A DNA stretch of 63,913 bases, taken from NCBI GenBank assembly GCA_964374035.1, contig CAYJWY010000001.1, positions 1 to 63,913 on the forward strand, in the 5' to 3' direction. This DNA comes from an uncultured Gammaproteobacteria bacterium. GTDB lineage: Bacteria; Patescibacteriota; Patescibacteriia; UBA9934; GWF2-40-263. Shown here one piece after another: positions 7,266-17,239 of this stretch. Below the pieces are notes generated by a model, which saw only the letters and a program-made list of their open reading frames with translations, did not search any database and was not told the origin of the DNA. The position numbers and the translations under genes are program-made. The stretch's first letter is position 1; each line of letters begins with the position of its first letter.

Positions 7266-8789
7266 TTATTCCTTGTTCAGAGTGAGCGCCGGTGAGGCGT
7301 TCTTTTTTTGTACCAATGATGCTCGGACTTTTTCCATCACTGGCGTACCGAGTCGAATCGTTGGCTGAGCAAAAATGTAGGCGAACAAAAGGAAGCCAAG
7401 GCCGATTGGATGATTGAGGTAGGGCGAGAAGACATGCGTGCCGTAGAGAAATGTGATCGATGTGAGAAAGCCCACCGCAAGCCAGCGATGTTCGGTCGAG
7501 AGTTGAACAATAAACGCTTGCACAAGAAACGCGGCCAGGAACAGAAAGCCGAGCGGGCCAAAGATTCCCATCTTGATCCACAACTCGAGCCAGCCCCATT
7601 CCATCGAATACGTTTCCCATGTGCCATCAGGACTGCTTGCGCGCACACGCGGGTCGTCGGTTTTGAAGGTGACGGTTTTGCCGAAGCCGCTTCCCAGCAG
7701 TGGCGCCTCTGCGATGGTCGCGAGCATCGGCTCAAGAAGTTTCCAGCGACTCGAAACAGCAACGTCAGAGTCTGCGCGGTTTCTTAAAGCGTCGGCGAGG
7801 TCGATGGAAGATGAGCGTTCAGGAAATGGGAAGAGGACGATGGATGCAAGGATGAGCAAGCCGATGACGATCGAGGCGATGGACTTCCCTGCCAAGCCTG
7901 CGATGTCCTTGAGTCGCGGTCGAATCGAAAAAGCGAGCAGAAGAATGCTTGTAACCAGGGCAAAGACGACACCGATCCAGAAACTTCGCGAGAGACCCAT
8001 GGTCACGATCGCAACGGCGGGAGACAGGAGAAGAACGAGGATGCGATTCGTTCGAACATTCTGTTTCTCGAACAAAAGTCCCACGCACATCATCGCGAAG
8101 ACGACAACGAAAAATTGGGATTGGATGAAAACGCGGTAGATCGACGCGGTGATGCCCGTGATCTCGGCAATGCGAACGTCGCGCAGGAAGGTGTATGTTG
8201 TTTCGAGTTGAAATTCGGCGAAGTGCGAGTAGAGGTAGAGTGAACCCAATGAAAGAATGACGATCCACGTTGCGCCAGCGGCGAGACATTGCAGGAGGAG
8301 GCGTTTCGAGGATGCATTCCATTGAATCGAAATGATTGGCAATAGGTACAACAAGTACAGGTACGCATTGCCGTCTTGAAACGCGGCGACAGGATGGTTG
8401 GCGAGCAGACCGATGAAGCCAAGCCCAACAGCGACAACGAGGACAAGAAATGGCTTGAGCCGCGCAAGATCGAGCACGAAACTTTTTTGCAGAAACAGGA
8501 CAACCCACGCGAGCATGATTGCGGCGAAGATCACCATGCGGATGGAAAGTGTTTGGTCGGCGATGGTTGTGAAAATGAGTTTACCGTGTGGGTTTGTGAA
8601 GAGTTCAAGAAACGCAAAGACGATGGCCCACTCGAGGCGCTTGTAAGCGAGAATGAGAATGGCAATAAAGTAGATCGCAAGCGTGACGGCTCCGAGGTGA
8701 AACGCATACGAAAGAATCGCGTCGACAAACATGGCGACGCTCAGGGCAAGCAGGAATCCGTATTCTCTTCCAAAAAATTGTTTGATCAT
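7266..8789 (-). CDS. O-antigen ligase/polymerase-like (Wzy_C-type) membrane protein
   Basis: A 507-aa polytopic membrane protein with a large loop near the C-terminal third. It heads a glycosyltransferase/flippase cluster. Confidence 0.65.
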   Translation of the reverse strand: MIKQFFGREYGFLLALSVAMFVDAILSYAFHLGAVTLAIYFIAILILAYKRLEWAIVFAFLELFTNPHGKLIFTTIADQTLSIRMVIFAAIMLAWVVLFLQKSFVLDLARLKPFLVLVVAVGLGFIGLLANHPVAAFQDGNAYLYLLYLLPIISIQWNASSKRLLLQCLAAGATWIVILSLGSLYLYSHFAEFQLETTYTFLRDVRIAEITGITASIYRVFIQSQFFVVVFAMMCVGLLFEKQNVRTNRILVLLLSPAVAIVTMGLSRSFWIGVVFALVTSILLLAFSIRPRLKDIAGLAGKSIASIVIGLLILASIVLFPFPERSSSIDLADALRNRADSDVAVSSRWKLLEPMLATIAEAPLLGSGFGKTVTFKTDDPRVRASSPDGTWETYSMEWGWLELWIKMGIFGPLGFLFLAAFLVQAFIVQLSTEHRWLAVGFLTSITFLYGTHVFSPYLNHPIGLGFLLFAYIFAQPTIRLGTPVMEKVRASLVQKKNASPALTLNKE

Positions 8790-8816
8790 ATCTGTAAGGT
8801 CTGCCTGTCTTGTGAC

Positions 8817-9662
8817 TTAGCGTGGTTTGACAACGGCGGCGATTTGTCCGAGCACGTAAAAGACTGGCTCGAAGACTACGAAAACGATCCATGTTGCGAA
8901 CCCGTAATGCTTTTTCATGTAGCGACGAATACTCGCTCGCAGAACCTTCTGTTTCCAGCCTGTCTGAACGCGATCAAAACTACTTCCCTTCTTGTGACGC
9001 ACGCAAATGTCGGCAAAGTAGCGAACGCTCGACCCGGCATCGATTGCTTGTTTGCAGTAATCAACCTCCTCATACCACATGAAATATCCGTCATCCATGA
9101 GGCCGATTTTTTCAAGTAGAGAGCGTCGAATGCAGAAGAAGGCTCCCATGACTTGGTCAACGTCTTGCGATGTGCTGTAGTCAAAGTCGTCGTAACGCCA
9201 ACGCGCGATGGGTGCGATATGTTGAAAAAGATGATGCACCTTGAGCAAGAGCAAAAACTGATCGAGCGGAGTTGGAAATCGCCATACGCACTTCTGCTGT
9301 GTGCCGTCGAGATTCCTGAGCGACACGCCGCCGATACCAACGTTGGGATGCTGATTCATCGCGTTCTCGATTTGGTACAGCGCGTCGTCATGAAACATAA
9401 CGTCGGGGTTTAACAGCAAGACATACTCCCCGTTCGCTTTCTCAATCGCCAGATTACATCCACCAGCGAATCCAAGATTGATGTCGCTCTCAATAACACA
9501 AACCTGCGGAAAGCGTTGTTTGATTGTGCTAAGATCGTCGCCCGATGCGTTGTCAACAACAAAGACTTCAACGTCGCGACCTTGGTGATGCTCGAACAAA
9601 GACGCGAGGAGCGTCTCAAGATAGTCGACGGTTTTGTAATTGACCGTAACGGTTGAAATCAT
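8817..9662 (-). CDS. family 2 glycosyltransferase
   Basis: The N-terminal VTVNYKT...VVDNASGDD and the NLGFAGGCN motif are typical of GT2 rhamnosyl-type transferases. Confidence 0.8.
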   Translation of the reverse strand: MISTVTVNYKTVDYLETLLASLFEHHQGRDVEVFVVDNASGDDLSTIKQRFPQVCVIESDINLGFAGGCNLAIEKANGEYVLLLNPDVMFHDDALYQIENAMNQHPNVGIGGVSLRNLDGTQQKCVWRFPTPLDQFLLLLKVHHLFQHIAPIARWRYDDFDYSTSQDVDQVMGAFFCIRRSLLEKIGLMDDGYFMWYEEVDYCKQAIDAGSSVRYFADICVRHKKGSSFDRVQTGWKQKVLRASIRRYMKKHYGFATWIVFVVFEPVFYVLGQIAAVVKPR

Positions 9663-10375
9663 ACTTCTCGCGATGCGTGCTTGGCTTGGATGATGGCCTT
9701 TGCCTCATCATACCTTCGAATGCGTTTTGGTTTCCATGGCAACACATTCCACGGAACCGCATACAAAAACGAAGGAAGCCATGACGAAATGTTTCTGCGA
9801 GCATGATCTTGTTCGACCACGTAGAGTTCTTCGTTGATGAATACCCCAACATGACGCCTCTCAAGCATGGTTAACCACACGTCCCAGTCCTGAAACTTTT
9901 TGAGCGACACATCGAAGCCTGGAAAATGCTCGCGACGTATCAACGCGGCGGAGGTGTGGATGAAGTTACGCTGACGAAGCGCTGAGGCATCGAAGACTCG
10001 ACAACGAAATCGTTTCCATCCCCAACGAAAACGACAATAGGCATAGGACGCCTCCGGATGTAATGCGAGTGTCGACTCGAGGCGCTCGAGCATGATGGGC
10101 TTCATCACGACGTCCGCGTCACAAAATAAAACGAGGTCTCCGGTCGAGCGTTGAAACCCGTTGTTTCGAGCCGTGGGTCCACCCGTGTTCGGTTGAAAAA
10201 CATAGAGGATTCGATCGAGATAGGGCCGCAGAATCTCACGCGTTTGATCGGTCGACCCGTCGTCAATCACCACAATCTCATCGGCTCGACGCGTCTGATG
10301 CAAAATCGCCTCAAGCGTTCTGCCGATGCGGTTTTCGTGTTGATACGTCGTAACAATGACGGAAATGCGCATCAT
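9659..10375 (-). CDS. family 2 glycosyltransferase
   Basis: ISVIVTTYQHENRIGRTLEAIL...VVIDDGSTDQT and the DAD motif. It overlaps its neighbours by 4 nt on both sides. Confidence 0.8.
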   Translation of the reverse strand: MMRISVIVTTYQHENRIGRTLEAILHQTRRADEIVVIDDGSTDQTREILRPYLDRILYVFQPNTGGPTARNNGFQRSTGDLVLFCDADVVMKPIMLERLESTLALHPEASYAYCRFRWGWKRFRCRVFDASALRQRNFIHTSAALIRREHFPGFDVSLKKFQDWDVWLTMLERRHVGVFINEELYVVEQDHARRNISSWLPSFLYAVPWNVLPWKPKRIRRYDEAKAIIQAKHASREV

Positions 10376-11415
10376 AAATATTCCGCGAGTTTTGAGAATT
10401 GATGCTCGCAGGTGAATTCTCGTTGCGCACGCTCACGCGCCGCCGATCCAAGCTGTGAGCGTTCTTCTTTATTGTGGAGTAGTCGATCGATCCACGTTGC
10501 GAGTTCAGGGATATTGTTGTCGTGAACTAAAATCCCAGTCTCGCCATGGATGATCGCCTCGTCAATTCCGGGAATGTCCGTTGCGATCGAGGGAACGCCA
10601 TGCGCGGCGGCCTCAAGATAGACGAGACCAAAACCCTCTTTGTCGATGGGATCGTTCACAACCGGCATGACAAACAAATCACTCTGCTGATAGAGCTCTG
10701 TGCGCGTGTGATCATCAACATCGCCATGAAACGTCACAACGGCGTCGAGATTGAGCGAATGGACCGTGGAACGAATTTGTTCTTCATACGGGCCTGTGCC
10801 GACGATGTGATACTCCACCCCATCAAATCGTCCAAGCGCACGCAATTCGGCGAGCGCACGCAACACACGTTCGTGCCCTTTTCGTTCAATGAGTCGACTA
10901 ACCGTCAGAATACGTTTGGTTGTTCGATCAACTTCGATCTCGTCGGCAATTGTTTCAAGACAGGGATACACAACGAGCGCTTGTTGAACACCAAGAGCAC
11001 TCAACTCTTGAGCAAGCGCATTTGAATTTGCCACGATCAGGTATGCGGAAGCTAGAACCTTGCGAGCAAGCCAAGATCGAAAGACAGAACGACGAATCAA
11101 TCGAACGTCGAGTCCATGCACGATGACGACGTAGGATTTTTTTGTAAACCACTTGGCAACATACGCCGCGGTTCCAAACGGAAGCAGATGACTCGTGATC
11201 ACGTAATCGTAGGAATCTTTTTGCTTGTACAAATATCTGGTTGTGCGTAACCACTTCGGCCACACGCGTTGATACAGTAAGTCGGTTGTCTGCACGGTCA
11301 TGCGCGATCCAAAGTAACGCGACATCGCACCGAGATACGATGCAACTCCCCCGCGATTTGGAGGAAAGTCCGGTGTAATGAGAAGCAGTCGAGAAGGTTG
11401 TGTCATCATAGACAA
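10372..11415 (-). CDS. GT4-family (GT-B fold) glycosyltransferase
   Basis: LLLITPDFPPNRGGVASY at the N-terminus and the C-terminal EGFGLVYLEAAAHGVPSIAT E-x7-E region. Confidence 0.8.
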   Translation of the reverse strand: MSMMTQPSRLLLITPDFPPNRGGVASYLGAMSRYFGSRMTVQTTDLLYQRVWPKWLRTTRYLYKQKDSYDYVITSHLLPFGTAAYVAKWFTKKSYVVIVHGLDVRLIRRSVFRSWLARKVLASAYLIVANSNALAQELSALGVQQALVVYPCLETIADEIEVDRTTKRILTVSRLIERKGHERVLRALAELRALGRFDGVEYHIVGTGPYEEQIRSTVHSLNLDAVVTFHGDVDDHTRTELYQQSDLFVMPVVNDPIDKEGFGLVYLEAAAHGVPSIATDIPGIDEAIIHGETGILVHDNNIPELATWIDRLLHNKEERSQLGSAARERAQREFTCEHQFSKLAEYL

Positions 11416-12933
11416 TTAATTGATCGGTTTTCTAAAGGAAGGCATGATCCAACGAACATCACCGGCACGCAATGAGATCATGATAAAGAGAAGTGCAAGG
11501 TAGACGAAGCCACAAATCGGGATTGCAACGAGCCAACCAAATGAGGCTTTGACAACCACGCCAACCAGTGCCATTGCCATCCCGCAAAAAAGAATAACAA
11601 GAAGCGTACGCGTGATACGCCAGTAAGAATATCCTTTCACGATTGACGGAACAATCGCAAAACCAACAAGAAACATAAATGTAAAACTGATCAAAGAGGC
11701 ATAAGCCGCACCCATGATTCCCATCACAGGAATAAGAATGATATTCATCACTACATTGAGAACCATTGTGAGTCCCATAATGACCGTCTTTGTCACCTGA
11801 CGATCAGCCGCGTTGAGGAGTGAGCCAATTGGAAAGTCAAGAAAAATCGGGAGAAGAACGAAAACGAGTGTTTGCAAAACGGGTCCTGCCGCCTGATATT
11901 GTTCCCCCACAAGCAAGACGACCTCAGGCGCGATCAACCACAGACCAAACGTGATCGGTGTGGCGATGAGCATCATGTACCACAACGAGCGATCAAACAG
12001 CATGTGAAGCGCATCCGGATCAGATTGAATCGTTTCACTCAAGCTTGGATAAAGGCCGGCGATATATGCCAGAGGAAAAAATTGAAACGCATAGGTGAAC
12101 TTGTAGGCAATGCTGTACAAACCAACTTCGAGCGTGCCAAGCATTTTTGAAATGATAATGCTATCAACGTAAGAATAAACTTTGACGAAAATAGCGGCGA
12201 GCGCAAATGGAAGGGCAATCGCTAAAATCATTTTAGAAAACACGGGATCGAAATCTGGTCGGAAAATACTCTGACCGAATAATTTGTAAACTCCATAGGT
12301 TGAAATGATCACATTTGTAAGCGAACCGCAAACCAAAGCAATGATAAGCAGAGGAAGTGATGGATGTAAAAAAAGAACAAGCCCGCCAATGAGCGCCGTG
12401 GTCGACATTCCAACGAACATCCCGACTGATTCAAACTTGAGTTCTTGGCGTCCTCGAAGAAGACCGAAAAAAAAGACTTGAATCGAATCCAGGATGAGTA
12501 CGCCTGTGGCGAGCAGAACTAAAAAACGAATGGATGAATCGTAGCCGAGCAGGTAGCTCGTTAAGATCACGCCCACAAACGCAAGAACCGCAAACGGAAT
12601 TTTTAGTCCGAGCGCATGTTTTGCGAATGTCACAGCCTTTGCCGGATATTTGGCAATTTCTCGAATGACAACCGAGGTAATGCCAAAATCCGCGACCACG
12701 GAAAAAATAATGACAAGCGAGGTCGCAAGGAAATACACACCCGTATTTTCCGGCATCATCACCCTTGCCAAAAACAAAAAATAGACAAACGCGATCAGCT
12801 TTTGACCGACAGAGGCGATGGTGAGATAGATGGTATTTATTGCTAATTGTCTGGTCACAATGGGATCATTTTGCCCGATTTTTCCAATTCTGTAAACAAA
12901 AAACCCACCATTGCCAGAAGCAATCGTGGGCAA
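11416..12933 (-). CDS. polysaccharide flippase (MOP/Wzx family)
   Basis: A 505-aa protein with about 12-14 TM helices, directly abutting the GT4 gene. Confidence 0.7.
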   Translation of the reverse strand: MPTIASGNGGFFVYRIGKIGQNDPIVTRQLAINTIYLTIASVGQKLIAFVYFLFLARVMMPENTGVYFLATSLVIIFSVVADFGITSVVIREIAKYPAKAVTFAKHALGLKIPFAVLAFVGVILTSYLLGYDSSIRFLVLLATGVLILDSIQVFFFGLLRGRQELKFESVGMFVGMSTTALIGGLVLFLHPSLPLLIIALVCGSLTNVIISTYGVYKLFGQSIFRPDFDPVFSKMILAIALPFALAAIFVKVYSYVDSIIISKMLGTLEVGLYSIAYKFTYAFQFFPLAYIAGLYPSLSETIQSDPDALHMLFDRSLWYMMLIATPITFGLWLIAPEVVLLVGEQYQAAGPVLQTLVFVLLPIFLDFPIGSLLNAADRQVTKTVIMGLTMVLNVVMNIILIPVMGIMGAAYASLISFTFMFLVGFAIVPSIVKGYSYWRITRTLLVILFCGMAMALVGVVVKASFGWLVAIPICGFVYLALLFIMISLRAGDVRWIMPSFRKPIN

Positions 12934-12945
12934 GCGCTGAGTGAA

Positions 12946-13824
12946 TTATCCCTTTACGTCAGGATGTGCATTTTCCTCAGCAATGTAGAAGAAGGTCCGG
13001 TTGGCCGCCTGATTCTGCGCCTGAATGAGTTCGCGCAAGCCATGCTCACTCACCACGGTTTTTCCGATCTGTTCGAGCGGGAAGCCACTGGCGCGAAGCT
13101 TACTGGCATGAACACCATCTGCGAACCCCGCCTTCCAAAGACTGCGCATGCAGGGCTTGAATGATCGAGCAAAGAGAAGGGAAAGCGCCTCCTTATGAAA
13201 CACACGCCATTCATCAGCCTGTGGAAGATCGGGCATCTGCTCCACTTGATACGCTCCCTGCCAGAGCACCCACCGAGTGAATGGAACGTAGACGCGCGCA
13301 CGATGACGATTGCGTGCGTTCTCGTAGTCGATACGGTTGCGCTCACGCTCGATCCCGGAGAGCGACGAGGCCGTCACGCGGAAAAACTCCTCACCGTCGA
13401 TCTTGTAGCCATACCAGATCTGAATGGTTGTGCCGTTGTGTGGTTCGGGTGCACCAAGGTCACTGATCTGACGATGGGCATCTTGCAGAGCCTCCACGAT
13501 TGAGTAGTTGACCTGACGACTCGCTGAGCCTGTCGCACCATCGCTCATCATCATCGTACCGGTCTTTGCCAGAAATCGTCGTCGAACGACATCGCTGTCC
13601 GGTGTGACGGTCACATGCCACTGGTGCAACGTGCCCTTGTCGGTTTTGACAATCTCGAGAACCGTTCGAAGTCCGATGATCGCCGGCTGTAGATCCTTGT
13701 CGATCTCAATTTCCACGATATCGTCCGGGAGATCCTTGGGGGGCACAATACCGCGCCGTTGCATGGTGCTCACGAGTTGATCGGTGATTGAAACACGCAC
13801 GCCGATCATGGAAGCAGATGACAT
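12946..13824 (-). CDS. orphan hypothetical protein (293 aa, no TM)
   Basis: The tracked ORF (to 14076) overlaps rpsI. An internal ATG at 13824 is preceded by GAGGAGG-tatcc. No motif was recognised. Confidence 0.5.
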   Translation of the reverse strand: MSSASMIGVRVSITDQLVSTMQRRGIVPPKDLPDDIVEIEIDKDLQPAIIGLRTVLEIVKTDKGTLHQWHVTVTPDSDVVRRRFLAKTGTMMMSDGATGSASRQVNYSIVEALQDAHRQISDLGAPEPHNGTTIQIWYGYKIDGEEFFRVTASSLSGIERERNRIDYENARNRHRARVYVPFTRWVLWQGAYQVEQMPDLPQADEWRVFHKEALSLLFARSFKPCMRSLWKAGFADGVHASKLRASGFPLEQIGKTVVSEHGLRELIQAQNQAANRTFFYIAEENAHPDVKG

Positions 13825-13924
13825 GGATACCTCCTCGATGGAATATCGATGCAACAAAACCCTATTGGAAAAAAGATCTATTGTCAATCTATCAACAAAA
13901 AATCGCCCCTTTCGAGGCGATTTC

Positions 13925-14329
13925 TTAGCGTTTGCTGAATTGTGGAGCGCGTCGTGCGCTACGCTTTCCAAATTTCTTGCGTTCGCGGACACGGGCATCG
14001 CGCTTGAGGTAACCGAGTTTTTTGAGAGTTGTACGTAGCTCAGGATTGAACTCGAGCAGAGCTCGAGACGCGCCAAGGCGTACGCTATCGGCCTGGCCGT
14101 TCATGCCACCTCCGCTCACTTGAATCGTGACATCAAACATATTCTGTAAATCAGTCTGCACAAATGGCGATAAGCACGTCTCCTGCATGAGAGCACCTGG
14201 AAAGTAGGCCTTAAACTCCTTATCATTCACCGTAATCTTGCCACTTCCTCCATGATGCAAACGCACGCGCGCGATGGCTTCTTTTCGTCGTCCAATTCCT
14301 TCGATAAATTGTTTCTTTTCGTCTGACAT
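13925..14329 (-). CDS. rpsI: 30S ribosomal protein S9
   Basis: GRRKEAIARV...GGGMNGQADSVRLGASRAL...RDARVRERKKFG...RRAPQFSKR. Confidence 0.95.
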   Translation of the reverse strand: MSDEKKQFIEGIGRRKEAIARVRLHHGGSGKITVNDKEFKAYFPGALMQETCLSPFVQTDLQNMFDVTIQVSGGGMNGQADSVRLGASRALLEFNPELRTTLKKLGYLKRDARVRERKKFGKRSARRAPQFSKR

Positions 14330-14332
14330 AGT

Positions 14333-14689
14333 CTAGTTCGATACACTCAAACGCTTCATGCGTGGAGCGCGATGCGTATTTTTTGGCAACATATTTGACA
14401 CAGCTCGTCGCAATACTTCTCCGGAATTTTTTGCGAGCACACTTCCCATGGTTTCTGTTTTCAGTCCATGCGCGTAGCCGGAATGTTTGTGATATTCTTT
14501 TTGATCCAATTTTTTGGCGTTGATTTTCATTTTCGCCACATTCACCACTTGAACATAATCTCCAACGTCCAAATGTGATTCAAAAGTTGGTTTGTGTTTT
14601 CCAATCAAAATACCTGCAACTTCTGTTGCGATTCGTCCGGGAGCTTTTCCCTCAGCATCGATTGTTCGAATGTCTCGATTCGTTTCCAT
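14333..14689 (-). CDS. rplM: 50S ribosomal protein L13
   Basis: IDAEGKAPGRIATEVAGILIGKHKPTFESHLDVGDYVQVVN. The ATG at 14689 abuts the rplQ stop. Confidence 0.9.
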   Translation of the reverse strand: METNRDIRTIDAEGKAPGRIATEVAGILIGKHKPTFESHLDVGDYVQVVNVAKMKINAKKLDQKEYHKHSGYAHGLKTETMGSVLAKNSGEVLRRAVSNMLPKNTHRAPRMKRLSVSN

Positions 14690-14690
14690 A

Positions 14691-15041
14691 TTACACAAGT
14701 TCGATTTGAACCATGTCCGCGCCATCACCCTGACGCGTTCCAATTTTTGTGATCCTGGTATAACCACCAGGTCGCATTTTGTAACGTGGGCCGAGAACCT
14801 CCAAGATTTTCTTCACCGGATGGTCTGTGTAAAATAGTTTCATCAGATTTCGACGGTGTGCCAATGTGGGCTCCTTTCCCGACGTAATGGCTTTTTCTAC
14901 CATCGGTCGTAAAACATTTGCCTTTGCCGATGTTGTTTCAATCTTCTCATACAAAATAAAACTTGTCGCAAGATGACGAAGCAAGGCCTCTCTAGGAGCT
15001 TTGAGTCGGTCTAACTTTTTTGTTTTGTTTCGGTGTCGCAT
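14691..15041 (-). CDS. rplQ: 50S ribosomal protein L17
   Basis: MRHRNKTKKLDRLKAPREALLRHL...TT..KA is the L17 N-terminal signature. Confidence 0.95.
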   Translation of the reverse strand: MRHRNKTKKLDRLKAPREALLRHLATSFILYEKIETTSAKANVLRPMVEKAITSGKEPTLAHRRNLMKLFYTDHPVKKILEVLGPRYKMRPGGYTRITKIGTRQGDGADMVQIELV

Positions 15042-15053
15042 ACGGTGATGTGT

Positions 15054-15809
15054 CTAGGCGGCATCTGAAAATTCAGGGGCATCCAAAGACGATGGAGTAT
15101 CTGAATAGGTGGTGGAGGTGGCGGGATTGTGTAACAAAACAGAAAAATAGTCAATCAACATTTTTACGGCTTGATCCACCGCCGCCTCAGGTGTAATGGT
15201 TCCATCGGTTTCGATATTCATGATCAAACGATCATAGTTGGTGATTTCACCAACACGAGCATTTTCAACACGATATCCCACGTTTCGAATCGGTGAAAAT
15301 AAGGAATCAATGGCAATCGTTCCAAGGTCGTGGATTTCATCTGTTCGATCTTCTGTTCGCAAATATCCACGTCCTCTTCGAACTGTGAGCTCCATGTCAA
15401 AATCAAAATTGTCAGCGGTGATGGTAGCAATCGGAGCCTCAGGATTGACAATCTCGACGTCAGCGTTTGGTTCAATATCTCCAGCCGTAACTGTTTTAAT
15501 TCCTCTTGAAAAAATCTTGAGCGTTACCGGCTCATCAGAAAACACACGCATACGCAACGATTTCAAGTTCAGAATAATTTCGAGCGCATCTTCGCGTACA
15601 CCTTCGAGAGCCTGAAACTCATGCGTCACGCCCTTTATCTTGACAGAAGTTACCGCCGCGCCAGGCAAAGACGAAAGCAAAACACGACGCAGGGCGTTGC
15701 CGAGCGTCGTTCCGTATCCGTAAAAACAAGGCTCCACAATAAACAACCCTTCATGTGGTCGCTCGCCTTGTTCGAAACGAATGTTCGATGGAAGAAGAAT
15801 GTTCTCCAT
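15054..15809 (-). CDS. rpoA: RNA polymerase alpha subunit, N-terminal domain only
   Basis: GYGTTLGNALRRVLLSSLPGAAVTSVKI and the dimerisation/assembly domain are present. The protein ends at 251 aa with a short Ser/Thr/Pro tail and has no HhH-type alpha-CTD. Confidence 0.9.
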   Translation of the reverse strand: MENILLPSNIRFEQGERPHEGLFIVEPCFYGYGTTLGNALRRVLLSSLPGAAVTSVKIKGVTHEFQALEGVREDALEIILNLKSLRMRVFSDEPVTLKIFSRGIKTVTAGDIEPNADVEIVNPEAPIATITADNFDFDMELTVRRGRGYLRTEDRTDEIHDLGTIAIDSLFSPIRNVGYRVENARVGEITNYDRLIMNIETDGTITPEAAVDQAVKMLIDYFSVLLHNPATSTTYSDTPSSLDAPEFSDAA

Positions 15810-15829
15810 ACTAAATGTCCTCCTTAAGA

Positions 15830-16444
15830 TTATCGAGAATAAAATTCAACAATGAGCGTCGAGTCGAATTGTTGATCAGTGTCATCCCGTTCGGGAAGAT
15901 TCGTCACTTTTCCTGTCATGGCTTGATCGTCACGTGAAAGCCATTTGGGCATCTGAGCGGCCTTCATGGCTTCGGGAATTTGTTTGACAATTCCCTTTTC
16001 CTTTTTTGAAACTTTGATGGAAATTTCATCGCCAACATTTACCGAACAGGAAGGAATGTCAACACGATTTCCATTCACCTGAATAAACCCATGACTCACC
16101 ATTTGACGTGCTTGACGACGCGTTTTGGAAAATCCGAGTCGAAAAACCACGTTATCTAATCTTTGCTCCAACATTTGTAACATCAAATCTCCGGTATTGC
16201 CCTCATGGTGAGACGCCAAATCAAAATAGCGTTGAAATTGACGTTCAAGAATTCCGTAGATGGCCTTTGCTTTTTGTTTTTCAATAAGCTGTTCGCCATA
16301 CGAAGACGTACGAGGTCGCTGTTGACCTTGTTTTGGGCCGTGAATCCCCGGCGGATACTGTCGACGTCGAACGTACTTCTCTTTTCCAAGCACAATGCCC
16401 AGGCGGCGAGAACGCTTGACGATTGGTGATAGATCTTTTCCCAT
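15830..16444 (-). CDS. rpsD: 30S ribosomal protein S4
   Basis: SYGEQLIEKQKAKAIYGILERQF and an S4 RNA-binding domain near the C-terminus. Confidence 0.95.
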   Translation of the reverse strand: MGKDLSPIVKRSRRLGIVLGKEKYVRRRQYPPGIHGPKQGQQRPRTSSYGEQLIEKQKAKAIYGILERQFQRYFDLASHHEGNTGDLMLQMLEQRLDNVVFRLGFSKTRRQARQMVSHGFIQVNGNRVDIPSCSVNVGDEISIKVSKKEKGIVKQIPEAMKAAQMPKWLSRDDQAMTGKVTNLPERDDTDQQFDSTLIVEFYSR

Positions 16445-16447
16445 AGA

Positions 16448-16846
16448 TTAAACGCGTCGTGGTTTTGGAGGTCGGCAACCGTTATGTGGCAGTGGAGTGA
16501 TATCTTTGATGGAAAGCACGTGAAAGCCGTTTGCATTTAATGCACGAACGGCTGAATCTCGTCCGGAACCGACACCTTTGACAAAAACATTTAATTCCTT
16601 GAGTCCTGTTGCTTTCACTTTCTCTGCGGCACTCTTTACAATCAAACTGGCGGCGTATGGGGTGGCCTTCTTTGGTCCCTTGAAGCCACAATTTCCCGCA
16701 CTTGACCATGCGAGGGTATTTCCATTGAGATCCGTGATCGTCAAAATGGTGTTGTTATACGTCGCTTGAACATACGCACAGCCCTGGCTGACCTGTCTTG
16801 CGGCTTTCTTTTTTCGAGACTTTGTTGATTTTGTGATCTCAGCCAT
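16448..16846 (-). CDS. rpsK: 30S ribosomal protein S11
   Basis: NNTILTITDLNGNTLAWSSAG..GFKG.KK.TPYAA...DITPLPHNGCRPPKPRRV. Confidence 0.95.
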   Translation of the reverse strand: MAEITKSTKSRKKKAARQVSQGCAYVQATYNNTILTITDLNGNTLAWSSAGNCGFKGPKKATPYAASLIVKSAAEKVKATGLKELNVFVKGVGSGRDSAVRALNANGFHVLSIKDITPLPHNGCRPPKPRRV

Positions 16847-16847
16847 A

Positions 16848-17237
16848 TTACGTCTTGGTCAAGGCGCGCTTTCCACTGCCTGTTGTTCTGCGAACGTTTC
16901 CTCGAACCGTGCGAGAATTTGTTTTTGTACGCTGTCCGCGAGATGGAAGATGTTTGGAAAGCCGTGAACCGCGGTAGGAGCCAATTTCCTTTAGCCGCTT
17001 TACGTTGGCAAGAATATCACGCTTCAAGTCACCCTCGAGACGAAATCCGTGTTTGTCAATGAGGTCGCGAATTTGATTGATCTGATCTTCCGTCAAATCT
17101 TTCGTGCGGATGCTTTCACTGAGTCCGGCCTCCTTTAAAAGCGCTTTTGATCGGACAAGTCCAATGCCGTAAATGTACGTCAGTGAAATGACGATGCGTT
17201 TTTCGTTTGGAATAGTTGTTCCTGCGATACGTGCCAT
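16848..17237 (-). CDS. rpsM: 30S ribosomal protein S13
   Basis: [26 protein letters not shown]...[22 protein letters not shown]. Confidence 0.95.
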   Translation of the reverse strand: MARIAGTTIPNEKRIVISLTYIYGIGLVRSKALLKEAGLSESIRTKDLTEDQINQIRDLIDKHGFRLEGDLKRDILANVKRLKEIGSYRGSRLSKHLPSRGQRTKTNSRTVRGNVRRTTGSGKRALTKT

Positions 17238-17239
17238 AC

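Noticed and set aside
11360-11373. The plus strand reads ggaggaaagtccgg, which matches the universally conserved GAGGAAAGUCCGG core of RNase P RNA.
   Set aside because: It lies inside a well-supported GT4 glycosyltransferase CDS, where the minus strand encodes LLITPDFPPNRGG. No surrounding P4/P10-12-like conserved blocks or GC-rich helices are visible. It is most likely a chance 14-mer.
13825-14076. The ORF track gives N-terminal extensions to several ORFs: 12946..14076, 3126..3899, 23103..24101, 3937..4287, 786..1649, 50734..51768 and 53391..
   Set aside because: The extensions overlap neighbouring bona fide genes or translate hairpin repeats. Internal starts with RBS-like motifs give proteins whose N-termini match family expectations.
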